This document shows, piece by piece, positions 32,894 to 42,837 of a DNA stretch of 64,000 bases (position 1 is the stretch's first letter; every line of letters begins with the position of its first letter). Under the pieces are notes generated by a model. It saw only the letters and a list, made by a program, of their open reading frames with translations, searched no databases and was not told where the DNA came from. A program made the translations under genes and the position numbers. This DNA comes from Gammaproteobacteria bacterium (GTDB lineage: Bacteria > Pseudomonadota > Gammaproteobacteria > Steroidobacterales > Rariloculaceae), in contig JBJHBW010000001.1 in assembly GCA_050485685.1 (NCBI GenBank), forward strand, positions 146,118 to 210,117, written 5' to 3'.

Positions 32894-34183
32894 ATGAAGA
32901 ATAGCGCGACACTGACCTGCGACGGGCAGACACTTGAGCTGCCCCTGGTGACCGGCACCGAGAACGAGACGGCCGTCGATATTTCCGAGCTGCGGGCACG
33001 CACCGGCATGATTACCCTGGACAAGGGTTACGCCAATACCGGCTCCTGCCGAAGTGCGATCACCTTCATCGATGGCGAAAAGGGAATTCTCAGATATCGC
33101 GGCTATCCGGTGGAAGAGCTCGCACGTCACTCAAGTTTCGTCGAAACGTCCTATCTGCTGATATTCGGCGAACTTCCCACGGCGGATCAGCTCGCGGAGT
33201 TCCGTCGGCTGCTCGTGAACCACGAGTTCATTCACGAGGACATGCTGCATCACTTCGACGGATTTCCCGCGAATGCGCCTCCGATGGCGATTCTGTCGGC
33301 GATGATCAACGCGGTCGGATGCTTCCAGCCGGTGTTCATGCAGCCCGAGGACAACGAACATTTCATGGAACCGGCGGCGCGACTGATGAGCAAGGTGCGA
33401 ACCATCGCTGCCGCAAGCTATCGCAAATCCACCGGCAAGCCGATGAACTATCCCCGTGCGGACCTGCGCTACACCGCCAACTTCCTGCACATGATGTTCT
33501 CGAACCCGCATCGTCTGTACGAACCCGACGAGGTCGTCGTCGAGGCGCTGGACAGACTGCTGATACTGCATGCCGACCATGAACAGAACTGCTCCACGTC
33601 GACGGTGCGTATGGTGGGTTCGGCGCAGGCCAATCTCTACGCGTCGGTGGCGGCCGGCGTCTGCGCGCTCTGGGGGCCTCTGCATGGCGGCGCCAATGTG
33701 GCCGTGATCGACATGCTGACACAGCTGCACCAGAGCGGCTCATCGATGCAGAAGTTCATCGAGAAGGTGAAGGACAGAAATTCCGGCATCAGGCTGATGG
33801 GATTCGGACACCGCGTCTACAAGAACCTCGATCCGCGCGCGCGCATCATCAAGGAAGCCTGCCATTCGCTGCTGGAGAAGAAAGGCATAGACGATCCGCT
33901 GCTGGACCTTGCCATGCAGCTGGAAGAAGTCGCGCTGCGCGACGACTATTTCGTCTCGCGCAAGCTGTACCCGAATGTCGACTACTACAGCGGCATCATC
34001 ATGCGGGCGATAGGCATACCCACCAACATGTTCACCGTGATGTTTGCGATCGGGCGGCTGCCGGGCTGGATAGCACACTGGCGCGAGGCGCGTATCAGTT
34101 CCGACGCCCGCATAGACAGGCCACGCCAGATCTACATCGGCCCCACAGAGCGTTCCTACACGCCTGTGGATGAGCGCGGCTGA
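32894..34183 (+). CDS. gltA: Citrate synthase (type II)
   Basis: GGAGGA Shine-Dalgarno before the ATG at 32894. ILRYRGYPVEELA, HADHEQNCSTSTVR and GFGHRVYKNLDPRA are present. Confidence 0.95.
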   Translation: MKNSATLTCDGQTLELPLVTGTENETAVDISELRARTGMITLDKGYANTGSCRSAITFIDGEKGILRYRGYPVEELARHSSFVETSYLLIFGELPTADQLAEFRRLLVNHEFIHEDMLHHFDGFPANAPPMAILSAMINAVGCFQPVFMQPEDNEHFMEPAARLMSKVRTIAAASYRKSTGKPMNYPRADLRYTANFLHMMFSNPHRLYEPDEVVVEALDRLLILHADHEQNCSTSTVRMVGSAQANLYASVAAGVCALWGPLHGGANVAVIDMLTQLHQSGSSMQKFIEKVKDRNSGIRLMGFGHRVYKNLDPRARIIKEACHSLLEKKGIDDPLLDLAMQLEEVALRDDYFVSRKLYPNVDYYSGIIMRAIGIPTNMFTVMFAIGRLPGWIAHWREARISSDARIDRPRQIYIGPTERSYTPVDERG

Positions 34184-34203
34184 GCCCTGCACCGCCAGGC
34201 CCG

Positions 34204-35658
34204 ATGCAGATATTGATGGTGACGGCGGAGTTCGCTCCGCTTGCAAAAACAGGTGGCCTCGCGGATGCCGTGGCGGGCTTAAGCCGGGCGCTGGTGTCGG
34301 CCGGCCATCAGGTACGCGTGCTGCTGCCGCGTTATGCCCACCTTCGTGAGCTGCCGGCTGCCGGACAGCCGTTCATGATCGGCAGCAGCCGGTACTTCGT
34401 GCTCCCCGGCACATCGACGGAACCCGAAGTGTGGCTGACGGACGCAGACACGGCATCCGTTCAAGGCGGACTTTTCGACGAGGCCGCGATCTACACCGGC
34501 GACGATCGCGATGCGGCGCGTTTTCTCGCGCTCAGCACGGCAGCCGCGGCAGTGGCCACCAGCGATGACTGGCGACCGGACGTGATTCACTGCCACGACT
34601 GGCACGCCGCCCTGGTTCCGGCACTGTTGAAAGCGGACGGGGCAGGTGCCACGCAACGGATGCCGGTGCTGCTGTCACTGCACAACGTCGGCTACCAGGG
34701 CATATTCGGCCTGCAGGTACTCGCGGAAGAGCGATTCTCTGCTCTCAGGAATCTCATCCGGCTCGACGATGATGGCGCGAATGGCACGAATGGCGGAGCC
34801 GACGACGGCAACCGTGCTGTCAACTTCCTGCGCACCGGCATACGTCACGCCCACCGGCTCAACACAGTCAGCCCCACCTATGCACGGGAAATCCAGGGCG
34901 CCGAGTACGGCATGGGACTGGAGGATCTGCTGAGCGCACGGGCCGCGGACCTCAGCGGCATTCTCAACGGCGTGGACTACAGTCACTGGAACCCCGCCAC
35001 CGACCTCCACCTGCCCGAACCCTATGACGCGGCAGATCCTTCGCCCAAGCATCTGGCGACCGAAGCCCTTTGCAGGCAGCTGGCGCTGCCTGTCGACAAC
35101 GCTGGCGTTGTGATCGGCGTGGTCAGCCGCATCACCTGGCAGAAAGGGATAGACGTTCTCGCCGATGCACTCCCGGTACTGCTGGAAAGAACCGATGCGC
35201 GGTTTGCGCTGCTGGGCACCGGCGACACCGATGTGGTGACAAGATTGCGCGACACCGCCGCCGCGAATCCGGCGCGTGTCGGCTTCGTGGAGGGCTATGA
35301 CGAGGCGCTGGCGCATCTGATCTTTGCCGGCTGCCATCTGCTGCTGGTGCCGTCGCGCTATGAACCCTGCGGGCTGACGCAGCTGTATGCGCTGAAATAT
35401 GGCACAACCCCGGTGGTCCGAAGCACCGGCGGCCTGGCCGACACCATACAGCCATTCGATCCGTCCAGCGGATCCGGTAACGGTGCCGTGTTCGGCCCGT
35501 GTATGCCGGCCGCACTCACCGATGCGGTCTGCACCGCGGTCGGGTGGTACCGCGATCCCGGACTGCGCCGGCAGCTGATACACAACGCGATGATGGCGGA
35601 CTACTCATGGACCCGGCAGGTGGCCGGGTACGAAGCCCTGTACCGCGAACTGGCCTGA
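34204..35658 (+). CDS. glgA: Glycogen synthase (ADP-glucose type)
   Basis: N-terminal MQILMVTAEFAPLAKTGGLADAV (KTGGL motif), with GT5/GT1 architecture. Confidence 0.95.
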   Translation: MQILMVTAEFAPLAKTGGLADAVAGLSRALVSAGHQVRVLLPRYAHLRELPAAGQPFMIGSSRYFVLPGTSTEPEVWLTDADTASVQGGLFDEAAIYTGDDRDAARFLALSTAAAAVATSDDWRPDVIHCHDWHAALVPALLKADGAGATQRMPVLLSLHNVGYQGIFGLQVLAEERFSALRNLIRLDDDGANGTNGGADDGNRAVNFLRTGIRHAHRLNTVSPTYAREIQGAEYGMGLEDLLSARAADLSGILNGVDYSHWNPATDLHLPEPYDAADPSPKHLATEALCRQLALPVDNAGVVIGVVSRITWQKGIDVLADALPVLLERTDARFALLGTGDTDVVTRLRDTAAANPARVGFVEGYDEALAHLIFAGCHLLLVPSRYEPCGLTQLYALKYGTTPVVRSTGGLADTIQPFDPSSGSGNGAVFGPCMPAALTDAVCTAVGWYRDPGLRRQLIHNAMMADYSWTRQVAGYEALYRELA

Positions 35659-37140
35659 TCACGTCAGAGCCAGGCGTCCGGTATTCTCAGCGCGCCGGCG
35701 ACAGCGGGATGCCAGCTCGGCGCTGACATCTTCCCAGGCGAACTGCCACTGCCAGTTACCACGCACGGTGCCGGGCGTATTCATTCGCGCCTCGGTACCC
35801 AGCCCGAGCAGATCCTGCATCGGAAATACCGCCAGTCTGGACGGCGACGCATAGGCCGCCTCTATCATCGCATCCGGCATCGCATCCGGCATCACGGGTT
35901 CGTCGCGCCCTGACGGCGCGAGTCTCTCGTGGACACGCGCCCGCGTCGCATCGTCCAGTGAGCGGTACCAGCCCAGCGTCGTATCGTTGTCGTGTGTGCC
36001 GGTATAGACCACCGCGTTCTCGACATGATTCTCAGGCGCATGCGGATTATCCGGCGAACCGTCAAACCCGAACTGCAATACCAGCATGCCCGGCAACCCG
36101 AACCGATCGCGCAGGGCGCGCACCTCATCGGTGATGATGCCAAGATCCTCCGCAACCAGTGGCATGGCGCCCAGCACGCCGCGCAACCGGGCCAGCAGGG
36201 CATCCGCCGGTCCCGGCAGCCATTCCCCGTCACGCGCAGTGCGTGCGTCGGCCGGCACCGCCCAGTACGAATCGAACGCGCGAAAATGATCGATACGCAG
36301 CAGGTCGAAGCGCTGCAGCTGACGCCGAAGGCGTGCTATCCACCATGCATACCCGTCGGCCGCCATGCGCTCCCAGTCATAAAGCGGATTTCCCCACAGC
36401 TGGCCGTCACGCGAAAAATAATCGGGAGGCACGCCCGCCACCCGTTCGGGGTTGCCATCCCTATCGACCCGGAACAGTGACCGGTCCCACCACACTTCGG
36501 CACTGTTGCGATCCAGATAGAACGGAAGGTCACCGAACAGACGCACGCCACGACGATGCGCATACTCGCGCAGCGCGTTCCACTGCAGCGTGAACAGATA
36601 CTGCTGGAACGCGATTGCCCGGCATGCTTCCCTTTCGCGCAGCCATTCGGCGCGCAGGCTGGCCGGCAGCGCGTGGCGCAGTTCGTCCGGCCAGTGCCAC
36701 CAGGGCGCCTGATCGAAACGCCGCGACAACACGGTATGCAATGCGAACGGCAGCAGCCAGCGCCGCTCGCGTCTCATGAAGCCGGCAAAAGCCGCGGCCT
36801 GCCCCCGCCCCGCTGTCGCGCAGAACGAGTGCCAGACGCCTTCGGGCGCAACCGATGCGGCAGCAAAGTCCATACCCTCAGGCAACTGCGGGTGCGCACC
36901 CAGGGCATTGCCATCGATCAGCGCCGGATTGCCGGCATCCGCGGAACGGGCGCAATACGGTGAGCCCACCTCATCGGGCGGCACCAATGGCAGCGTCTGC
37001 CATACGCCGAAACCGCCGGCGGCCAGAAAGTCGACGAAGCGGTACGCGTGGTCGCCGAGACGCCCCTGCCCCGGTTCCCCCGGCAGCGATGTCAGATGCA
37101 GCAGCACACCGGCCCGGCGGCCGGGCAGCCAGTCACTCAT
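35659..37140 (-). CDS. malQ: 4-alpha-glucanotransferase (amylomaltase)
   Basis: GH77 motifs are present: LRIDHFRAF, PLVAEDLG and YTGTHDNDT. Confidence 0.9.
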   Translation of the reverse strand: MSDWLPGRRAGVLLHLTSLPGEPGQGRLGDHAYRFVDFLAAGGFGVWQTLPLVPPDEVGSPYCARSADAGNPALIDGNALGAHPQLPEGMDFAAASVAPEGVWHSFCATAGRGQAAAFAGFMRRERRWLLPFALHTVLSRRFDQAPWWHWPDELRHALPASLRAEWLREREACRAIAFQQYLFTLQWNALREYAHRRGVRLFGDLPFYLDRNSAEVWWDRSLFRVDRDGNPERVAGVPPDYFSRDGQLWGNPLYDWERMAADGYAWWIARLRRQLQRFDLLRIDHFRAFDSYWAVPADARTARDGEWLPGPADALLARLRGVLGAMPLVAEDLGIITDEVRALRDRFGLPGMLVLQFGFDGSPDNPHAPENHVENAVVYTGTHDNDTTLGWYRSLDDATRARVHERLAPSGRDEPVMPDAMPDAMIEAAYASPSRLAVFPMQDLLGLGTEARMNTPGTVRGNWQWQFAWEDVSAELASRCRRRAENTGRLALT

Positions 37141-38438
37141 CGCTGCAGCATGTCACGCGTGACAAGCACTATGCCGCTATCGGTGACCAGAAAGCGCTCG
37201 CGATCGGCCGCCTTGTCGTAACCGATGACCGTACCGTGCGGAATCCGGCAACCTTCGTCGATGATCGCGTCGCGAATCCGGCAACTGCGACCGATCATCA
37301 CATTGGGCAGCACGACGGAACGGAATACGGACGTAGCCTCGTCCACGGTGACACCGAAGAACAGCACCGACTCGCGCACCTCGGCGCCGGATACGATACA
37401 CCCGCCTGCGACCATGGAATTGATCGCAATACCGCGACGACCCACTTCGTCGAGTACGAACTTGGCGCTGGGGACGTGTTCCTGGTAGGTCCAGATAGGC
37501 CAGGCGTCGTCATAGAGGTTCAGTTCCGGCGTGACGTGAATGAGCTCCATGTTGGCGCTGTAATAGGCATCCACTGTGCCCACGTCGCGCCAGTAGGCCT
37601 GCGCCTTGGTTTCCACGTCCTCGAACGGATAGGCGAACACGCGTCGATTCTTCAACGCCCGCGGAATGATGCTCTTGCCGAAGTCGTGTGCCGAGTCCGG
37701 ATCGCTGGCGTCGCGCTCCAGTTCGGCCATCAGCAGCTCGACCTCGAAGACATAGATGCCCATGGACACCAGTGCAATGCCCTCGCGGCCCGGCATGGAC
37801 TTCGGCTCGGCGGGTTTCTCGTCGAAAGCGGTCACAGCGCCGTTCCCGTTCACGCTCATAACGCCGAATTCGTGGGCCTGCGATACCGGGACCTGCACAC
37901 CGCCGATGGTCACGTCCGCGTTGTTATCCTTGTGAAAGGCGATCATGGGACCGTAGTCCATCTTGTAGACATGATCCCCGGCGAGCACCAGCACCGTTTC
38001 CGGGTTGTGCTGGGCGATGATGGAGAGATTCTGGTAGATCGCATCGGCTGTACCGCGATACCACATTTCACCGAGCTGCTGCTGCGCCGGTACGATGTCG
38101 ATGAACTCGCCGAACTCGCCGCGCAGGTAACCCCAGCCACGCTGTACATGCTGAATCAGCGAGTGGGCCTTATACTGGGTCAGTATCAGTATCTGCCGGA
38201 TACCGGAATTGACGCAGTTGGAAAGGGAGAAATCGATGATCCTGTACTTCCCGCCGAAAGGAATCGCGGGTTTCGCACGGTGGTCGGTCAGTTGCTGAAG
38301 ACGTTGTCCACGCCCTCCTGCCATGATTACGGCCATGGAATCGCGCGTCAGCTGGCTCACGACGCGGCCGGAAGTCTTCCTTCGCACAGTGTCACTATCC
38401 GCTATGCCTGAGTTGATTCGAGTATACGTCACACGCAT
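37137..38438 (-). CDS. glgC: Glucose-1-phosphate adenylyltransferase
   Basis: [40 protein letters not shown] is present. The stop overlaps the malQ start (ATGA). The ATG at 38438 is the preferred start. Confidence 0.95.
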   Translation of the reverse strand: MRVTYTRINSGIADSDTVRRKTSGRVVSQLTRDSMAVIMAGGRGQRLQQLTDHRAKPAIPFGGKYRIIDFSLSNCVNSGIRQILILTQYKAHSLIQHVQRGWGYLRGEFGEFIDIVPAQQQLGEMWYRGTADAIYQNLSIIAQHNPETVLVLAGDHVYKMDYGPMIAFHKDNNADVTIGGVQVPVSQAHEFGVMSVNGNGAVTAFDEKPAEPKSMPGREGIALVSMGIYVFEVELLMAELERDASDPDSAHDFGKSIIPRALKNRRVFAYPFEDVETKAQAYWRDVGTVDAYYSANMELIHVTPELNLYDDAWPIWTYQEHVPSAKFVLDEVGRRGIAINSMVAGGCIVSGAEVRESVLFFGVTVDEATSVFRSVVLPNVMIGRSCRIRDAIIDEGCRIPHGTVIGYDKAADRERFLVTDSGIVLVTRDMLQR

Positions 38439-38477
38439 GACACTTGCCGCGCATGCAGAATCCGTGTTCGGGCGAAC

Positions 38478-40688
38478 ATGAACCGGCGCTCCAGGGACCC
38501 CGGCACTGCGACAACGCCGCTGTCCGATGCGGACGTGCAGCGGCTGCTGGAAGCCAGACTGCATGACCCGCGCCGCGTACTCGGCCTGCATCGTTTCGGT
38601 GCGGGACGCCTGTTGCTGCGAGTCCTGCTGCCCTACGCAGCCCGTGCGCAGCTGGCAGCCACGGGCGTCGAACTGACCCGTGTCGGCAATACCGCGTTAT
38701 TCGAATGGACGGGCCCGGAAGACGCCATTGCCGCACCTGTCGCGCTTCGCTGGCACGATGACGCCGGCACGTTGTCCGAACTGATCGACCCCTACTCGCT
38801 GCCGCTGCAACTCGACGATGACTCGCTGCATGCATTCGGGCGTGGCGAGCACACCCGAACCTGGCAGCTGCTGGGTGCAAGGCAGACAGAGGTGGCCGGC
38901 ACAACCGGAACGCTGTTCGCGGTCTGGGCGCCCAATGCGGAACGCGTCAGCGTGGTCGGCGACTTCAATCGCTGGGATGGTCGCTGCCATCCGATGACGG
39001 TGCGTGGCGGATCCGGCGTCTGGGAACTGTTCATTCCCGGCATCGGGCCAGACCATCTGTACAAGTTCGAGCTGCGTAATCGCGAATACGGTACGGTCAT
39101 CGTCAAGAGCGATCCATATGCCCGACGCAGCGAGCTGCGCCCGGCCACCGCTTCCATCACCACGCCGGCAACCGACTGGCAGTGGCAGGATGGCGAATGG
39201 ATGGACCAGCGTGCACGCACTGACTGGCTGCGCGCACCGATCTCGATCTATGAGCTGCACCTGGGCTCCTGGCAACGGACCGCTGATGGCGCGTTCGTGA
39301 ATTACCGCGAGCTGGCCGCGCCGCTGATCAGCCATGTGCGCGAGCACGGCTTCACGCATGTGGAACTGCTGCCGATTACCGAACATCCGTTTGATGACTC
39401 CTGGGGTTACCAGAGCACCGGCTACTTCGCCCCTACCAGCCGCTTCGGCACACCGGACGATCTGCGTGCCCTGATTGACGAACTGCACCGCGCCGGCATA
39501 GGCGTGATTCTTGACTGGGTGCCGGGACACTTTCCTCGTGACGATTTTGCACTGGCGCGCTTTGACGGCACTGCACTTTACGAGTACGCGGATCCGCTGA
39601 AGGGCGAGCATCCGGACTGGGACACGCTGGTATTCGACTACGGTCGCAACGAGGTGCGCAGCTTCCTGCTGTCCAGCGCGCTCTTCTGGCTGGAGGAGTT
39701 TCACTTCGACGGATTGCGTGTGGACGCGGTGGCTTCCATGCTCTATCTTGACTATTCGCGCCGCCACGGACAGTGGGCGCCGAACGTGTTCGGCGGCAAT
39801 GAGAACCTCGAGGCCATAGCGTTCCTGAAGGAACTGAACCGCGTCACCCATGCCGCAGCTCCGGGCACGATGATACTCGCCGAAGAGTCGACCGCCTGGC
39901 CCAAGGTTTCACGACCCACCTACGACGGCGGCCTGGGTTTCACATTCAAGTGGAACATGGGCTGGATGCACGACACGCTGCTGTACATGCACAAGGAACC
40001 GGTGCACCGGCGCTTTCATCACGAACTGATGACTTTCGGTCCTATCTACGCATTCACCGAAAACTTCGTGCTGCCGCTGTCACACGATGAGGTCGTGCAT
40101 GGCAAAGGGTCCCTGCTTGGCAAGATGCCGGGCGATGAATGGCAGAGATTTGCGAACCTGCGTCTGCTTTACTGTTTCCAGTGGACCTTCCCGGGCAAGA
40201 AGCTGCTGTTCATGGGTCAGGAGTTCGGCCAGCCCTGGGAATGGAACCATCGTCAGGCACTGCCCATGGACCTTCTGGCCCAGCCCCGGCACGCCGGAAT
40301 CAGTCACCTGATTCGCGACCTGAACCGGTTGTATCGCGAGCAGCCGGCACTGCACCGGCGCGACACCGAAGGCGAAGGATTCTCGTGGCTGTCCTGGGAC
40401 GACCGCGAAAACTCCGTACTGAGTTACCTGCGCCGCGATGACGACCATCATGTTGCGGTGCTGCTGAATGCGACACCGGTACCCAGACAGCACTATCGCG
40501 TCGGCGTACCGGCCGGTGCTTCCGTTTACATGGAGATTTTCAATTCCGATTCCCGCTATTACGGGGGCAGCGATCTCGGCAATCCGGCACCGATACCGGT
40601 ACAGCCGGTGGCGTGCATGGGCTATCCGTGTTCGATCGAGGTCACGCTGCCGCCACTGGCCGGCATCGTGCTGATGCCAGGGACCTGA
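38478..40688 (+). CDS. glgB: 1,4-alpha-glucan branching enzyme
   Basis: 736 aa with GH13 catalytic regions ([37 protein letters not shown]). Confidence 0.95.
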   Translation: MNRRSRDPGTATTPLSDADVQRLLEARLHDPRRVLGLHRFGAGRLLLRVLLPYAARAQLAATGVELTRVGNTALFEWTGPEDAIAAPVALRWHDDAGTLSELIDPYSLPLQLDDDSLHAFGRGEHTRTWQLLGARQTEVAGTTGTLFAVWAPNAERVSVVGDFNRWDGRCHPMTVRGGSGVWELFIPGIGPDHLYKFELRNREYGTVIVKSDPYARRSELRPATASITTPATDWQWQDGEWMDQRARTDWLRAPISIYELHLGSWQRTADGAFVNYRELAAPLISHVREHGFTHVELLPITEHPFDDSWGYQSTGYFAPTSRFGTPDDLRALIDELHRAGIGVILDWVPGHFPRDDFALARFDGTALYEYADPLKGEHPDWDTLVFDYGRNEVRSFLLSSALFWLEEFHFDGLRVDAVASMLYLDYSRRHGQWAPNVFGGNENLEAIAFLKELNRVTHAAAPGTMILAEESTAWPKVSRPTYDGGLGFTFKWNMGWMHDTLLYMHKEPVHRRFHHELMTFGPIYAFTENFVLPLSHDEVVHGKGSLLGKMPGDEWQRFANLRLLYCFQWTFPGKKLLFMGQEFGQPWEWNHRQALPMDLLAQPRHAGISHLIRDLNRLYREQPALHRRDTEGEGFSWLSWDDRENSVLSYLRRDDDHHVAVLLNATPVPRQHYRVGVPAGASVYMEIFNSDSRYYGGSDLGNPAPIPVQPVACMGYPCSIEVTLPPLAGIVLMPGT

Positions 40689-40751
40689 CCCGACGGACAC
40701 TGCGCCGGCGACATCCCGCAGCCCGCGCGGAACCGGTAACCTCCTGCCGTT

Positions 40752-42833
40752 TCAACCGGCCTCGAACACGGCGATCGCGTGGGGCGGCAATTCGTGGTCC
40801 GGTGCTTCGTTCGCCGTCAGTGCATCGGGCGCCGTCAGATCTTCAGGGGGCGTCCGCGAAGTATCGACAACGAGCCGCCAGGTGTATCGCCGTGCCTGTG
40901 CCGGCGCAGGCAATGCAGGCAGTGGCAGGACGAGAGTATCGTCCGACAGATTGATCATCACATGCAGCGGCGGCTCGTCCGGTCGCAGGCCGTTCACGGT
41001 GAAGCACAGCACGCGATTCTCAGGATCGTCCCAGTCCGGCGCCTCCAGCGTCGCGCCATACCACACGATGCCGGGCGGATCACCGTTCGGCGGGTCGGCA
41101 GCCACGAATCTGGCCCGTCGCAGGGAAGGATGCCTGTGACGCAGTGCAATCAGTCCGCGCGTAAAGCGCAGCATGTCGGCATTGCGTTCCACCAGCGACC
41201 AGTCGAACCATGAAGTCTCGTTGTCCTGGCAGTAGGCATTGTTGTTGCCGCGCTGGGTGCGCAGCACTTCGTCGCCGGCCAGCAGCATGGGCACACCCTG
41301 GCTGAGCATGAGCACCGTGATGAAGTTTCTTGCCCGCTGTTCACGCAAACGGCTGATGCGGGTATCACCCGTTTCGCCTTCAGCGCCGGAATTCCAGCTC
41401 CAGTTGTCGCTGGTTCCGTCGCGATTTTCCTCGCCATTGGACCGATTGTGCTTGTCGTTGTAGCTGACCAGATCCCGCAGCGTGAATCCATCGTGACAGG
41501 TGATGAAATTGATGCCGTTGGCCGGTGTACGCCCGGCGTCGGCATAAAAATCGCTGCTGCCGGCGATGCGCGTCGCAAGCTCCGCTGTCATGCCTGAATC
41601 GCCACGCAGGAACCGCCGCACCACATCGCGATAGCGGCCGTTCCATTCGGCCCAGCGAAAACCCGGGAAGTCGCCGACCTGATAAAGGCCCGCAGCGTCC
41701 CACGCCTCGGCGATCAGGGTCGTCCATTGCAGCACATCGGAGAACTCTATGCTCCACAGTGCCGGCGCGTGATACATGGGCTCGCCGTCCTCACCGCGCG
41801 ACAGCACGCTGGCCAGATCCAGCCGGAAACCGTCCACGTGCATCTCGCGCACCCAGAACTCCAGACATTGCAGCAGGTAACGCGCCACCAGCGGGTGATT
41901 GCAGTTGATCGTGTTGCCGCAGCCGCTGAAGTCCCGATAGCGGCTGCGATCCTCGGGATCCAGGTGGTAGAAGAATTCGTTGCCGATGCCCTTGAAGTTG
42001 ATGACCGGGCCGTGCTCGTTACCTTCCGCGGTATGATTCAGCACCACATCCAGAATCACCCCTATGCCGGCCCGGTGCAGCGCTTTCACCAGGTCGCGAA
42101 ATTCGTTGCGCGCATCGCTTCCGGCGGCAAAGGCCGGATGCGGTGCGAAGAACGCATACGGACTGTAGCCCCAGTAGTTCTTCAGGCCGCGCTCGGCGAC
42201 CGCCTCGGGAACGTCCTGTTCGTCGAAAGCCATCACCGGCAGCAACTCGACGTCGGTGACACCCAGCGATTTCAGGTAGGGAATCTTCTCGATCAATCCG
42301 CGAAACGTGCCCGGCGCATCGACGTCGGCGGAAGCGTGGCGGGTGAACCCGCCCACATGCAGTTCGTAGATGACCGCGTCGCGCAGAGATCGGTTCAGCG
42401 GGCGATCCCCTTCCCAGTCGTAGTCGTCACGCGGCACGATCCGTGCGCGTATGGACGAACCGGCATCGCCTGCCGCGGCCGCACGCCGGTCCCAGAGTCC
42501 GGTGCTGACTTCCCGTGCCCACGGGTCCAGCAGTTCACGGCTGCCATCGAATCGCAGGCCGTGAGCCTCATCGTGCGGACCATGCACACGCCAGCTGTAG
42601 TAAAGACCTGGCTGCGCACCAGCAACGAATATGTGCCAGAAAAAGAACGTACGGTTCTCGTCGGGATCCAGCTCAAACGTCTGAAACGGCTGACCGTCAT
42701 CTGCCTTATGAAACAGCAGCAGCTCCACACGTGTGGCGTTGCGGCTGAATATCGAGAAATTGACGCCGCGGCCGGTGTCCGTGGCGCCAGGCGGAAAACG
42801 TTGCCCGCGCCTGCGCTTCAGTCGCGTGCTCAT
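40752..42833 (-). CDS. glgX: Glycogen debranching enzyme
   Basis: GH13 isoamylase-type regions are present: VILDVVLNHT, GFRLDLASVL and LIAEAWD. Confidence 0.9.
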   Translation of the reverse strand: MSTRLKRRRGQRFPPGATDTGRGVNFSIFSRNATRVELLLFHKADDGQPFQTFELDPDENRTFFFWHIFVAGAQPGLYYSWRVHGPHDEAHGLRFDGSRELLDPWAREVSTGLWDRRAAAAGDAGSSIRARIVPRDDYDWEGDRPLNRSLRDAVIYELHVGGFTRHASADVDAPGTFRGLIEKIPYLKSLGVTDVELLPVMAFDEQDVPEAVAERGLKNYWGYSPYAFFAPHPAFAAGSDARNEFRDLVKALHRAGIGVILDVVLNHTAEGNEHGPVINFKGIGNEFFYHLDPEDRSRYRDFSGCGNTINCNHPLVARYLLQCLEFWVREMHVDGFRLDLASVLSRGEDGEPMYHAPALWSIEFSDVLQWTTLIAEAWDAAGLYQVGDFPGFRWAEWNGRYRDVVRRFLRGDSGMTAELATRIAGSSDFYADAGRTPANGINFITCHDGFTLRDLVSYNDKHNRSNGEENRDGTSDNWSWNSGAEGETGDTRISRLREQRARNFITVLMLSQGVPMLLAGDEVLRTQRGNNNAYCQDNETSWFDWSLVERNADMLRFTRGLIALRHRHPSLRRARFVAADPPNGDPPGIVWYGATLEAPDWDDPENRVLCFTVNGLRPDEPPLHVMINLSDDTLVLPLPALPAPAQARRYTWRLVVDTSRTPPEDLTAPDALTANEAPDHELPPHAIAVFEAG

Positions 42834-42837
42834 GCGG

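Noticed and set aside
36855-38411. 518-aa + strand ORF opposite glgC, and similar long antisense ORFs at 29852..31132, 38697..39851, 41727..43007, 34675..35583 and 1837..3033
   Set aside because: Each one overlaps a confidently identified gene on the other strand and has the Arg/Gly/His/Pro-rich composition expected of non-coding frames in high-GC DNA.
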